Shown here: positions 47,901 to 61,900 of the stretch, piece by piece
Layout of the letters: every line of letters begins with the position of its first letter
How positions within the stretch are numbered: position 1 is the first letter of the stretch
NCBI GenBank assembly: GCA_965285935.1
Contig: OZ260661.1
Location: 104,904,001-104,968,000 of the forward strand
DNA length: 64,000 nt
Direction: 5' to 3'
Origin: Ophelia neglecta
Lineage: Eukaryota
Translations under genes and position numbers: made by a program
Notes under the pieces: generated by a model
Seen by the model: the letters and a program-made list of their open reading frames with translations, nothing else
What the model was told of the DNA's origin: nothing
The model's database searches: none

Positions 47901-50900
47901 ACAGTTTCAAACAAACAAACAAACAAACAACCGTAATTTAATCAATTCGTTTTGAAGGCTCCAAAATTATGTTGAATGTATATTATCTTGAAAAGCTATG
48001 TTCTATTTCAGCTATCAGATTTATTTTCGCAGTGAAAGTTCTCCACTTTGGGTGATCGAAATTACCGCACGTATTTTTGACAACAGGGGGGGGGGGGGGA
48101 ATTCGATCACAACATTTTCGCTGTTATTTCGTGGAATTGAGTGATAAAACAAGTAGGCCTATTTGTTATTTATTTATGATTTCAGACAATTGTTTTACAA
48201 TTTAAACCTAATATGACGTGGATTAAATATCACATTAAGTAGAAACCTTCCTAATAAGTCGACCAGTACTACGCGTGCCCGCCAGCCATTCAATCTGAAA
48301 ACCCACTCTGAGCGACGCAGATCTGCTCTTAGCCTATGGCATGCCGTATATTTAACCTTCATCTTGTGAGGGACCCTCTATTGATCAAAGCCATATTAAG
48401 CAGTATTTAAACTAGAACAGCAATAGCAAAACACGTAAAGTGGGGGTCTAAGCATTTTTATTGCAACAGTGCAACAAAAGCTCCCCGTCAGTTTTGATCG
48501 AATTTCCCCCTGTGATCGAATTTGCCCTCATTTCCCCTATATATTTCAGATGACATTCACTATTATAGGCCCAATGTTCACAGGAAGTTTGTTAATTGTA
48601 TGCCTGGGCGCGTGTTTTCCCAGATTCAACGGAAAGGTATTTTAGTAAATTGGTCTTAATTTTGCACTTATACACAATACTTAACTGGCACATGCACCAG
48701 GCAAACACAAGGAGAAGGCACGGTTATTTTTTAATAATACTCAAGATCTTTTGTTTGGCCGAGCTTGACGTTTAATTTTTTTAATATGCTGTTTTGTTTT
48801 TATGTCTACTTTTATAAATTATAGAGCGTTACATTCGGAAGTGTTTCGGGATTTTTGATGGCGTTCTGGTTGGCTGTGGGCGCGCAGACGATTCCATCTC
48901 AACACGCCCCCCTTCCTACCACAGTGGACAATTGTTCGTCTCCATACAGGTATTCAGATCAATTTGTAAATCAATTTATAGCCACTATTTTATTTATTTT
49001 ATGCACATTACAAAACAAAACTTTTCTTAGGTTATTAACCAGGCGGAGACCAGATATCAGTGCCTATGGTCCCTTAAAATAACTCACAGTCATCAAGGGT
49101 GGCAAGCTAAGTAGGCATTCAAATAACTAAATGAAAGAAAATTTTACTTATTTAAGATGCGTGTGCAAGTGGATAATAACTACATTGTGGCATGAGATGG
49201 CTAGTCAGAGGCGGTTTGGTTATTTATTCAGGTATACGAGGGCAGCAGGTATAGGTTATCGCACCAATGTGAGTTTAACTACAGAGCTTTGTAAGATACG
49301 TTCTGTGCATGGATATCTTTTAGGAATACGAAGGAGAAATTTATCTGCGTATCTAGTACCATAAAAATATAAAAATACAGTTCAGAGTAGAACTTAAACA
49401 TAGAGGACGCCATGCTGACATTTGAACATTTTTTGCATCACCGTATAAAACTTCATGCCTATGTAAGCAAAACAAAGGCAGGATTTTTATCGACCATGGT
49501 ACGGTTAATTGAGGTTGGGGTTATTGACTGGACTCGTGACGTTTATTGGTCTTTAATGGGTCACGAGTAAAATATCCAAACACGCTTAAAAGCTACTAAA
49601 ATTGTTTTGAAAACTAAATTAAACGCTTCGATAAGTATAGATAAACCAATCGTATAGTATCAGTTATGGCCCTGCGGTAAGATTTTTCGTATTCGGAACA
49701 TTACGTCCAAACTCTCATATTCTTCTACTGGTATAGAATTAAGTATTGATAGCTTTTTTTTCAATTGAGCCCTTTTTATGATATGACGTTTCACTGCAAG
49801 CTCAAAAGTATAAACCGTTCACCTTGCTCCTATGAAATACTTTAAACTCTTATTAATTTTCTTCAGGTTTAGAGAAGGCTTTAACCTTGACCCGATCGAA
49901 CAATGTTTCAATTTCACTATTAAGTGTTCAAATCTTATCGACAAAATTTTTAAAAGAGATAAAGAAATTCATTGTAATCAACGGCAAAAGGATCAAAAAC
50001 ACTGTTTGCTTTCGACCGCTTATATGGAGCCATGTTATTCTTAGCATACCTAGGACGAGTGGCTTAACGATACATTGCAGTTTAATCCATGCATGCATGA
50101 GAGTAGCAACTTATAATGTGCTATGAATAATTGACTTGCACTAATAAATGCAAGAATCGTAGAAGCGATGATCGACTTAGGGAGTGAGTAACACCAGATT
50201 TATTTACAATCCAGCAGACGATGACAAAAATTACATACTTATAAACAGGGAAAAACATAAAGCTTCATGTTCTAACCACATGGTTTATTATAAGCAGCCT
50301 CAAATATCAAACATCACTAGATGGTTGCTTCAAATACGCATATAAGGCGGAGTAATACACGATTCGTCTTAAACATGTAGTCTGCTGTGTTCTTAAAATT
50401 ACAGTCTCAGTTTTAACATAGATATGTATAATCCATATGTGTATTCTCTATATCTATGGTTTTAAGTTCTCTGGCATTTATTGTGCAAATCCTTGCGGTG
50501 CATCTGACCATGATATTATATACGCGGTTAGGTAAGCGAAAGTAACCAAAGGACCCCATAAACCGTTAAAGCTCGAAGATCGAAACAGTTGAATGAGGAA
50601 ACCTTTTAATATGAGGGTGCCGTATTCCGTTGTCGGAACTCCCTGTTGAGTAGCCAGGGGGTTTATAAAACATGATCAGTAACCATACTGTGATAAAGTT
50701 GCTTGTTATGTTTAGGTTTTTGTATTTTCTATAGTTGATTTCATTCACTGGCTAATGTTAGACCATTTTTTTATACCGTGCAAATATCCCGTCTCTATAG
50801 GCCTTTTCAGTTTTATTTGCACGTGCCAGGCTCTCGGAGTCAGCAAGTTTCCCGCAGGTCACGAGTGACGTTTGTCGTACGACGTTCCTTGGTGCATAAT

Positions 50901-52891
50901 GACGAAGAGTTTAAAGCACTTGCTTCTTATGGACTATATACACAACTAAAATTTATAACATTTGCTGAACTATTTCACGAATCTCATATTTTCTTTCAAT
51001 GTACAGGTTCTTTCGGAGGTTACTCACCAATTGTAACACAAGTAAAACATGTGGTATAGATAAAGTCTGTGAGAGGATTTTGAGCTATGCTGCTCAAGAG
51101 CTTGAACACCCCTTGAGCGATATTGTAGTTTTTAAACTCAATTCAGGAGATGCTTAAGTGTTAGCAATTCATAAAAAAAGGTGACAAATAAGACCCTTTA
51201 AAATTAGACCTATCTCTGTTTGTCGCTGGCTTTGCAGGTTTTTGACAAATTACTACATGAGCAATTATATAATCATATATGTGCTAATAACTTGTTGAAT
51301 GCGTGGACCTGTCAATCTTGCTTTAGGCCCCGTCAGCCTACTAACACAACCGTTAATGATGCCATATGATAACTGAGATTGAAGGAAGTGTTTTGAAGAT
51401 GGTGTCTTATTTTAAATATCTTGGTATATTGTTCTATACCAAACTTTCAACTGGAACTTTCGCACTGATACGAGTTAGTGCAAGGTTGTCTCAAAGGATA
51501 TGTATAATAAATCGCTTTGGCAGATAAGTTCCAGTCCTGATGTCGCTTCTAGGCTTTTTAAGGCAAAAATCAAAGCAATTATCCATTCTTGAGGTTTATT
51601 CTGGGAATAATTTTATAAAGAGTAACTTGATCAGGTGTTAGTAAGATCACAGAATAGGGCAGGAAGAGCAACAGGTAGATGTCACAGACTACACCTTTTA
51701 GTGACATGCATAACGCCCTGCAGGGTTCGCTCACATGTGAGCAAAGATGTAATTAAATAATAAGTGAACCGACACGGTGTAACGTAGTGTCCAAAACTTG
51801 TATAACTATGTGTTTGTTGTACGAAAGGGGCCAAAATGAAAAGAAATGTTCATAATTTCTATTTATATCATAGATGTCATATAGATTCATTTAGCTATCC
51901 CGCATAAATTTATCTAAATAAAAAAATAACAAACAAATATATTACTTTTTTCAGGAACGAAACCACATTGTGGTCGACGACCATAGACGGTTATCGAACA
52001 ACTACTGCCACGTTTGATCAAACAGTAAATCTCAACACATACCCCGGCTTAGGTGTTAGTGAAGTACCAGCGAATCCTTCTAATGCACTGTAAGGCAAAT
52101 ATTCCTTTTCAGCAAAATGCTACGTCAATGTCTACGCCCATATACATCCTTATTTAAGTTGTCATTAGGGGCAAATTGTAAATTCACTGCCACTGTGTCA
52201 CATGCCATTTCTATCTTAACAAAACTGAAACCTTTTTAATGAAACGTACAGAAAGTTTACGGAATACTATTTTTGTTACTCTTAACATGAACACCAAACC
52301 TTTCTAATTTGTCATTATTGGTCTTAGAACCACGGCGTATCAATCTTGCCTGAACATAATCCTATTCAGAGCGATTTATTCGAACACATTGTTATAAATA
52401 TTTTTGTAAGAAGTTCTCACGCGAATCATGATCACAATATTGAAGTTACCCCTCTTATATCCAGACAGGGGATTCAGCATATGTACAAGATATCTTCTAT
52501 GTGGTTCATGTTCTTCGGAGTATTGGTCGGAACTGTGTTCGGTCTGCTATCAACTCTAATTCCAGGTAAAACAAATGCTACCTCCATACAATACAACATT
52601 GGCTTATTTCTTCCTAAAGCAAAGCTCACGTCAAGCATTTCAAAATGATGGAATAATATGCCATGTATGTATATAGCCTGTAGTAACTTTCCATCTTTGC
52701 TAGGTTTCTCCGCTGATCATGTTGACAATAAATATCTATTTCCGTGTGCACGCTATCTATGGAAGTATGGTAAAAAGGAACATGCCTACCAAAAAGCGAA
52801 TATAGGGGACTGGCAAAACGGCACTGACGATAGAATGACGAAGAGCGATGACATGCCTGAAAAAACAACTATGTACCTAACTCAAGTGTGA
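35908..52891 (+). CDS. Sodium:solute symporter, SLC5A8/SLC5A12/SLC5A6 (SMCT/SMVT)-like, 15 exons
   Basis: Exons 35908-36291, 40954-41074, 41334-41401, 42091-42171, 42368-42438, 42841-42981, 44486-44621, 44793-44878, 45538-45656, 45854-45924, 48550-48636, 48825-48949, 51955-52089, 52465-52565 and 52704-52891 are phase-compatible. Motifs DYTIF, YLVAGR, GGFKAVIWTDAFQ, QSAVQRF, GCDP, PGMPGLFIA, GSLSSLSSG. The C-terminal TQV is a PDZ-type motif. An alternative start at 35943 is possible. Confidence 0.88.
38045..39923. mobile_element. Non-autonomous DNA transposon with TTAA TSD (Kolobok-like) in SLC5 intron 1
   Basis: TTAA + GGGTATACCGAACCC ... GGGTTCGGTATACCC + TTAA (39924-39927). Internal inverted pair CTAGTAAACGGTCATTCAGATTTT (~38312-38335) / AAAATCTGAATGACCGTTTACTAG (~38456-38479). 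Confidence 0.85.
39812..39908. mobile_element. 97-bp MITE nested inside the right TIR of the Kolobok-like element
   Basis: 9-bp TSD GGGTTCGGT (39803-39811 and 39909-39917); TIR TACCCTTCGCAGCAGAG / CTCTGCTACGAAGGGAA (15/17 match). Confidence 0.85.
43340..43560 (-). mobile_element. Degenerate CR1/L2-type RT fragment
   Basis: The minus strand gives YGVTQGSVL followed by a broken DDT-like motif, with stops and frameshifts. Confidence 0.5.
47500..48537. mobile_element. ~1-kb MITE with TA TSD (Tc1/mariner-pogo-like) at the 3' end of SLC5 intron 10
   Basis: TA + GGGGGTAATGTGGGGAATTTCGATCA ... TGATCGAATTTGCCCTCATTTCCCC + TA. Repeated internal AATTTCGATCA motifs. Confidence 0.8.
51150..51760 (+). 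mobile_element. Degenerate CR1/L2-type LINE ORF2 fragment
   Basis: Broken frames read IHKKG..., RPIS, FDKLLHEQLYNHICANNLL, QSCFRP and FKYLGI. Confidence 0.6.
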
Positions 52892-53779
52892 TTTGAAATT
52901 GGAAAAATTAATGTTAATCGTTATTTGTTAAAAACCAATAAGTTGGTAATAGATTCTTTTGAGTTTGTAATTTACGCAAATGTGCGCCGGGGAATAAGGA
53001 TATCTATATTTCACAATACACTCGTTTCTATCATGGCATTGAGGCTTGAAAAAATATACCGAGATTGGTTCTTCTGAACTCGTATACCTTTAAGAATATA
53101 ACTTTAAACATATTCTTTAGGAGACAAAAGCATATTCTGGATAAATATCAGTAGTTATCTTGTAGTTTGATATTAATAAATAACCAAACCGTTTTGATCG
53201 GCGTTGCCTTTAAATCTGAGGCTATGTTCCCGAATTTCATTGATTTGTTTCTGGGACGTATTAAAGATCATATTTATAACTGAATATAATCAAGACATAA
53301 TTTATCTCCTGAAACAATACCACATGCATGTAAGGCCTTGAAAGTTCATCACTTTTTCTTTAATATTGTTTATATACGGAGGCAAATTTGAATACACTAT
53401 TTACACAAAGTTAGCAGACCCCCGCCGAGATTTCGTCACTTGAAAAAAATATCTGTATGCTATTACAATAAACATGAATAAAATATAAGAGTATGACGTT
53501 GGATCTTCAACAGATCTTCAGGAGGGGAAGTTTTTGGATCTTGAGCTAATCTTCGTTAAAACAGTTAGATCATCAGCATATCCAAATGTTCCAAAGAACT
53601 TAGTACCAATACAACAACCGTATAGTAGAATAACTCCGCCTTAGTTTACTGAGGCAGAAATCCTGAAATATATACGTTCTACATTTTGTTAATGAGACTC
53701 CATGGTCTTCTAGGAGTCGTTCAATTCAATCTATTGGGCTCTATTAACGCGTTCCAAACTTTAATATTGAATCACTCTT

Positions 53780-54160
53780 ATAAAGAAATATTTTGAAAAA
53801 TTTTTATAAACGGTATAACTGTGATCAAGTTTGCTATTTTATAATACTATGCAGCCAAATACTTCTTTAAAAATATTGGTTGAAATATGTCCATGTTTAA
53901 GTGAAACAAGGCTTTATTGGCCCCAATTTTTGACGAGCTGTTTTTACGCAATTCTGATTTTCATACCTACCACACCCGACAGAGGGATAAATTACATGTT
54001 ACTCTTAGTAAAAAGGCTTCTGTTTCTATAACAGTTAAGTTGAGAGGTAAACTGATTTGGAATTTTGTGTCTTGCAATGTTGATTGGAAACTGAAGTTGG
54101 AGGCTAGTTCCAGTCTGTACAAAATGAACAATAACGGTATAAAAAAAATTAATTAAATAG
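53780..54160 (+). mobile_element. Degenerate LINE ORF2 C-terminal fragment (L2/Crack/Daphne-like)
   Basis: FDELFLRNSDFHTYHTRQRDKLHV...RGKLIWN matches the HxYxTR...LH...G..IWN end of such ORF2 proteins. Confidence 0.55.
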
Positions 54161-55993
54161 GACAACATATGTTTCGGTGCGATTAATGGCAATGGTATTT
54201 AAAACAATTAGATTACTTGAATTTTACTTTTGAAACTCGGAATTCGTTTAACTGGTCAATCTAAAAGCTGTGGAAATTCGAACAAGGATCTGGCCATTCT
54301 GCTGGCCAGAGCTGCCAATGTTTGTTATTGACATTACTCGATGCCAAATGCAATTAATGCAAACTTAAGGCAATTAAGTTACTTAAATGTTACTATTATC
54401 TTTATATTTTTCAACACCATGGTAAAACAGTTTGTTTTTGTTAGAGTGTATAATTGAGAGGCTAAAAAAATATATACTTAAAAAAGAAGAATACAAACAA
54501 CTTGAAAGAAGTTTGATTACATGATATTCTGCACACATCAGGTAGTCATTGTAAATGCATAAATTAATGGTAATATTTTTATAAGCACCTTCTGTGTTTA
54601 CATTTTTTTGAAATAATGTGTCGTTTGTTCTAATAATTTTATGAAACATATGTCTAGCTGCTCGTGGTTTACTGACTAGGTCAAGAAGTTTCAATTTGTG
54701 TCGCTTCATGAATAAGATGGGATCTATAGATTTATAATAAGTGACAGAAGGATAGCATGTAGGTCAGACACTACTTTTGCCACAACACACTTCATATTTA
54801 CTATTGCCCCTTAGGGCTGAAAGGAAGATTTAGTGGTTTTCCATTCAACATGCAGGTCAAGGTTAAATGTAAAACCACACTTTTTATACCTTCACAGAAA
54901 CATCTACATATATAAATGATATTTATGTTGCAGGCCCTGGTGATGATAATTTAAGGGCTTCCTGTCAAATTTAAGAAGTTGGGCATCATATACCATCCAT
55001 TTCTATAATTATTTTCATTGTCATATTAATTAAAACGATTCAGTTTTCTTCCAAAGGCAGATCAGTTCAGGGTGAAGTAAAATTGCTTCATCCTAGTTAA
55101 TATTGGCGCCTCATCTATACTACTTTAATTTTGTCAGTTGTTTAAATTTTATACCTGGAGTATTTACAGTATTAAGCCATTTAAAAGTATCCCTAACAGT
55201 GTTTCAGTCCCCACCATGTCAATAGGGAAAAGAAACTGAAGCAACAGTTGGGCTAACAGGCTGCCTCCAGGGCAAATAAACATCAGACGTTTTCAACATA
55301 AAAGTTTGGGTTAATAACACTTGTGCCTGCAACATGTTATTAGGTACTGTTATGAAGCAGATGCATAGATATCTTCCATCACCAGTGTAGAATTAGCATT
55401 AGTTGGAAAATATTGTAGGTTATAAACTGTGACAATGACATTATAGGTTCGTGATGGAGCCATCCAAGTCCTTTTTGGTTGGATTTGGCTTCTCCCTGCT
55501 GCTGGCATACGTTCAACCTGCTAATCAGATAAAAGAATTTATCAAAATCAAAGATAAAGTGTTATGTCAGAGTTTTTTTATTTCATAAAAAAAGTTCACA
55601 TGATTTTACATGTAATGACGCTGAGTCGCCATCATTGCATAATTATAAAATAAAGCAATGCTAAAAAGCAATCAGTAACTTGTATAAACAAATTTAAATT
55701 GTAATAACAACAGCTTGGCAAATTATTGCATGATATTTGCCATATTTCAGTCTTAGTTGTACATATTCTATGGTAAACTTAGCCATACATGTTAGTCTAG
55801 CTAGGAGGGTTTCTTGTGTACTGGTACATTATTTATGTACATCAAAATAATTGAGGTATTCTAGCTTTTACCAATAAAAAGATTTATAATAGCAAAATGA
55901 CTTTGAAACAGAAGAAACAGAAATTGAAGCTGTATATTTCTAAATAAATTCAAGAATTAATATGCTATTCCTATTTAACATTAAATATGAGGT

Positions 55994-58900
55994 TTATGGT
56001 GTAAAAAAGTAGGCCAGTTCTTCCTCTTCTCGGCTCGCCTGATCTGCCCCGTCATCCTCCCTCTTTTTAAGCTGGGGTGGTTCTGACCTGGCCACTAGCT
56101 TCCTCCCAGTCTGAAAGTTAGAAATGTTCAGAATATGGTAGCAATCACCGGTTTACAATTCTATCTTGTGCTGTGCTCTTCATTCATGAAATATTCCTTT
56201 ATTAGAGATTGTGCTTTGTTTTTTAATGATCATCAGCAAAATATGGTATACCAGGTATGAACTACATGCAAATTTCTTTTCTTGGATTATTAAAGGAATC
56301 AACAGTATTTTTGAATATATTATATATCCAATATATATATCCAATATTGCACTTAGATTTAAAAACAAAATCTGTCATACCTTTTTCTTGGGATCAGCCT
56401 TCGCTCTCTCCAGGGCTTGTCTCACTCTCTCTTCCTGGTGTAATCTTTGCCTCTCAATTTCTTCTTCACGCTTCTTCAACCTTCGTTCCTTCTCTTTGGC
56501 CTGTATTTTTGATACAAAATTGATATGTATTTGTGCATCAAAGAACAAAATAGATGAATGTACACAATAGGAGCTAGTCATCATTTGAAAGGTAAAAGTG
56601 TGCATTACTAGAAAAACTGAAAGTCAAAAACAAATAATCTTTATCTTTTTTGGTTCAAAACGGGAAAAGATGGTATCCGGTTTTTCTAGCCCTTATATAC
56701 AGGTATTGCATCCACTTGCCAGAGTTTACCTCTGGCACATGTACACTTTTTATTCTACTTGCAAATTTAACAAAATTATAACTGTCAAAAGGACGTTGAC
56801 CTTGGTTTTAACTTATGACTAGTCTTGTACCTTTAAATCCAACAATTACTATGACTGTGCAATGTGGGAAATACACAAAGGAATAAAAGAGATATACCAG
56901 ATAATCCAATGTAATAAGGCATACATATATATATAAATTGATTATGCAGACAATTCTAGGAAAAAGTGTATAATTAATATGTCTCCTGGTTGTTTTGGCC
57001 TTGGCACATTGCGTACAGTTACCTTTTCAGCAGCTTCCACTTTGTCTTGAGGCATCATCTCTATCTGCTCAAATAACTCTTCCAGTCTATTTTCTATATT
57101 AGTAAGCATCTGCAGGGTGCTAAAATGAAGAAAAATAATTCTCCTTTCTGAAGAAATGAATTTAAATTATGAGCTACATGAGTACCATTTATACTGGTTA
57201 TAGGCTGATACCAGTTTGTGCAAAGCTATCCATGGATCAAAGGACTCACTCAATGCACATGCATGTACCGGCTCCGACTATGATTACCTAGTAGTACATT
57301 AAAATTTCGTTCATTATAACCAATACACACTGTAAATATATGTATAAATGTGATCCTGGATGAAGCTTATGCTGTTGGCATATAGTGACTGTACGGCATA
57401 TTTTACTAATTAGTGAATTCATATAGTGGCAGATGATTGCACAAAAATGGTTCTACTCTTTAAAGGCCCCCAAAGAAATAATTGCCCTCTTTTTCTTCTT
57501 AGTGCAACATATTCATTACCCATTGGTCGCAATTATGACATTTGTATAAATTCTTTACATTTCTAATGATTCAGGCCGTATGCTGCTTAGCTGGCACAAA
57601 AGGTTTCATCCAATGTCCACATAATATAAAAAATTCAGGGTAGGTTATGTTGCATTTTTCTCCAGGAGAGCTAGCTTTTTGAAGCAACCCCCTCTATTTA
57701 TGCATGCCTCATGGGCATATCACTCACTAGGGGTGCTACCCTCAGAGCAACCCCAAATTCTGAAAACTGATAAATATCCATAAATTTCACCTTGTCTTAC
57801 ACCCAAGAATACACGCATATTACCCAATATATTTTATAATCAATGCATCAGCCGATTTTGCCACAATCTAAATTTGCCTGACGCAATATATTTATAGAAC
57901 TAAATTCATCTACATACAAGATCCCTACGCAATAATAATAAGTGTAGTATAGCCTAAAATGACAGTATCTCAGAGTGATGGCTTTCCAAAACATTTCCAA
58001 ATTCAATAAAGATAACAAATATGAAAATAAAAGCCACAAATCTTAAAATAGAAATCCTATTAATATGAGAGTCTGCAATGGATACTGCTGAAATGCTATT
58101 AATTTTTTTTCTCCAAATGGATGTGTAAAACATTTAACACAGTCCCAATGTATTGAGTGTAAATGTGTTTAGTATGTAATTCTATGGCACAATGTGGTTC
58201 TTTGATGAGATTTAAAGAAACAATTTTTAATCTAGAGAACAAGTTAATGGACATGGTCATGAAACCAATAACCACTCCAGTACATAGTAAAAGATAGCTA
58301 GCATGGAACTAGCCATTACTGTCAAGTGCACAGGCTTTTGGATGACGATCCACATGCTGTAATTACATTATTCGAATTGCTATTGAATGTCATAGTCAAA
58401 CATGCAGGTGGCACGACAATTGTCTGAAAAATGGCTCCAAGTCTGAGTGTGAGCCTGACAGGCCCAGATTTTCAAATGTAAATGACAATATAAGCATGCA
58501 AGGAAATTTCCTGACTATAAAAGCCTATGTCAACATGATTTGTACAGCTTAAATTGTTCACATTTTTTTTATATTTCTCTTTGTGACCACATATCAGGCG
58601 ACCTACACCCTTCTAGTGAGTGTCACTGATTTTTGATAATTCACAACACACATTCAGAGTATGAACTGAGTTTAGAGATCTCAATTAGATCAATCACGCT
58701 ATCATTTTAACTTCTCCAATTCCAAATCAACCAGAGAATAAAATGACAGTGACATGACATTGTGAGTTTGGTGACCACTTTAGTGATGTCATATCCTGTG
58801 TTTGACAATACCAGGTTATACCTATTCAGGGCATCCAGTGAAGATCTGTATCTCACTTTAGGTATTCTAGATCAACAGGAAAAAAGTCTTGAGTGACATG

Positions 58901-61900
58901 ATTGCATCATACAAAAAATACAGTCAATGAATATACATGTATATGTATATATTTTCATTGCCAAGTTAGTATAGCCATGTATACCTGGTGAAAGAGCTAT
59001 TGACCATTGCAGACAACTATGTAGTGACAAGTACATGCATGAAAAAATGCATACATAATTATATGTAAGCATTTATAACCTACAATAATGATTGGTAGTC
59101 CAGGGTGTTCTAAGGAAAATGAATGTCTTGATTCAAACTTAAAAAGTTGGTAGTTGCAATCAAGTAATCTTTTAAAAAAAAGTATGTTTCAACTAAGACA
59201 ACATTAAGAGTAATAATATAAAGTTATTTTAAATAGAGACGTAAAAAAAATAAAAGAAAGGGGCCATGAAACACGCACATCGACATCAGTGGACATGCTC
59301 ATACTGCTAACACTGATCTATCACAAAACATAATGAATGAAGAGAACGGTAGAGGATTGAGACAAGCTTGGTCAGTGCTAGTATTTAACAAGCAATAAAA
59401 TGTGTGACATATAATTATGTCAGTTTTAGCAAAATAATTCACAAACAAGGAAGAGTAATGGCTCAGAGGAGTGAGAAGAGTGTAATCCAAGGCAATTAGA
59501 AGAAAAGAACATAAAGTATCCAAGAGTTGGGTGTTTTTTTCAACCAAACTTTGAAGATACTCATGCATGTGAAATATATGCAGAACAAAAAAGTAAGATT
59601 TGAAAATCATTGAAATAGTGTGTGTGTGTGCTAGCCTCTAAACAGAAACAACATTGATAGACAGTAGACAAGCATGTACAGTATACATGTATATAAATTG
59701 GAAAATTTAAACTTAAATATCAAGCTATTTAAATAAGTGTGTTAATAATTAAAACTATTAAAGAATATTATATTTCACCTGTTTATGATTAAAGTAAACA
59801 CTCACACAACATTTGTATTGATATTGATAAAGTGAATCAATGAGGATATATAAACATTCCAATCTGACATGTTTAAGCTCCCTTAAATAAAATCACTTTT
59901 GCTGTGTAAAGTTTAGTGGCTGTACCACAAGACCAGATGGCTATTAATTCTAGCCACATCAAACCACAGGCACTCAAATATACTGATACTGCTGCCCTTT
60001 CGGGGGGGGGGGGGGGGGGTGTTTGTCTACTTCTCAGCCTGCAACCTGCACTACTTCCAGTGTAACAGTATGTATTTAGATTCCATATTATAGGGTTACA
60101 GTGAAAACAGTATATGTGCCTGGGAGGAAACGGTGAAAATGTAGCAGTATAATAGAGTGCCTGTGCCAAGAACCAAGACCATTTACATTAATTCTGATTG
60201 GAATCGAATATCAACATTTAACTCTACTTTATATTTATAATAATATTTGTAATGATGTTTATACAGTATCCATTATATACATTTGCAACTAGTACACATA
60301 TAGTACACTATAATACAGATATAATACAGCAATGAGATTGTACAGCAAGAACTGAATGCACATGTCTTAAAGAAGACAAGTATTTCAGTTGTTGGCTCAA
60401 GTGGTCATATACCCTGCTAACAGATGGATATTTGTAAAATGATACTTTACGATACATACAACAGTCATTTCTGTTCACTGTGAGCAGGGTAAAAATATTA
60501 AAGCCATTAATAGAATTAGTATCATCTGTTATGTATAAATATACAACCAACAAGTTATATGTACAGCCATGTCTTGTGAATGACCTCAGTGTTTTCAGTT
60601 TTGAGTTTGTCCACTAACCTGATGTTTGCTTCATTGTCCCCGATACAGCTCCGATACACATCTTCTACTTTCCTGTTTAATGCATCCAACATCTTCTGTT
60701 GATCTTCAGCTTTGAATTCACCATAAGAGAACATTCTGAAAGTGAAAAATATAATAGAAAACATCACTCCTTGACTCCATTGACATTTGCATATTTTATT
60801 TTTTTTAAATCTATGAAGAGTCAAGGTGAATCTGGTATTAAAATATCTATCTTAATCTCAGGATGAATGAATCCAATAAAATGGCACTAAGAATAAACTG
60901 AATTTTCCTGATAGCAGGAAAGCATCCATGCCAATAGCAAATTTCCAATCGCAAACAAATTATTGCTCCTAGCTGTTTCTGTTTGAATGCATATGACAAT
61001 CACATGCCTAAATGTCCCCGCTGACCATCAAACAAACCAAACTCATTGGGGAATCAAATTAATCTAAAATGTTTGTAACCCTTTTGTCCTGTGTTTAATA
61101 GAAGCTGTATATTCAAACTACATCACTAGGGCAGTAACTTTTACACTGTCAATTTGACAAATATCATTAACACAGTTCAGTAAATTTATGTAGACAATTG
61201 TTTAGTTAATTATTTCTTAAAAATAAATTATTCGAGCAGATTGTAAGCAGTTGCTCTGATAAATTTCAATTGAGACGACGATCATGTTTCTTGGTTTGGC
61301 TGCAGGAATAAGAACACAGAACTGCTGTCCAAAACTCAGACCACATTTATTTCTTTAATATTTTTATATATTTATACCGAGAGTGTAGTTATATACCATA
61401 TGAAAGTTACCCTGGCTTATACAATACAACTATCTTAAGATTGATAGTTACAAACTTTTTATATATAATAGTAGTAAACCACATTGGTGGCTAACCGATG
61501 GCCAAAATCATCTCGTTTTTTTGGTGGGAATTTGTCATCTTTTACATGCAAATGACAATGAGGTCCCCTTGCCTACGTATGGGCGTCTGCATGTTTGCAG
61601 GTGGAATATTGGGTGAAGCTGATAGTATTCAACTATCAGATAGCAGTCACCACTTCTGATACTTCAGACATTTGTTAACCCATGGCAATTTGTACTCAAA
61701 CATATTTATTTATAATAGTCCCTTTAAAGTGGTCAAAACACAACAAGTTTACTGCACTTTCCTTGGACACTGAATATCATAACACGTACATGCCAGTGAT
61801 TAAGGAAAAACAAACAATACAGGTAATTTGAATGCGTCACTTCAGACAGAAAAAAAAACATAAAATTGCCTTTCAGGTAGAGCCCATGCAGCCAGGACAT

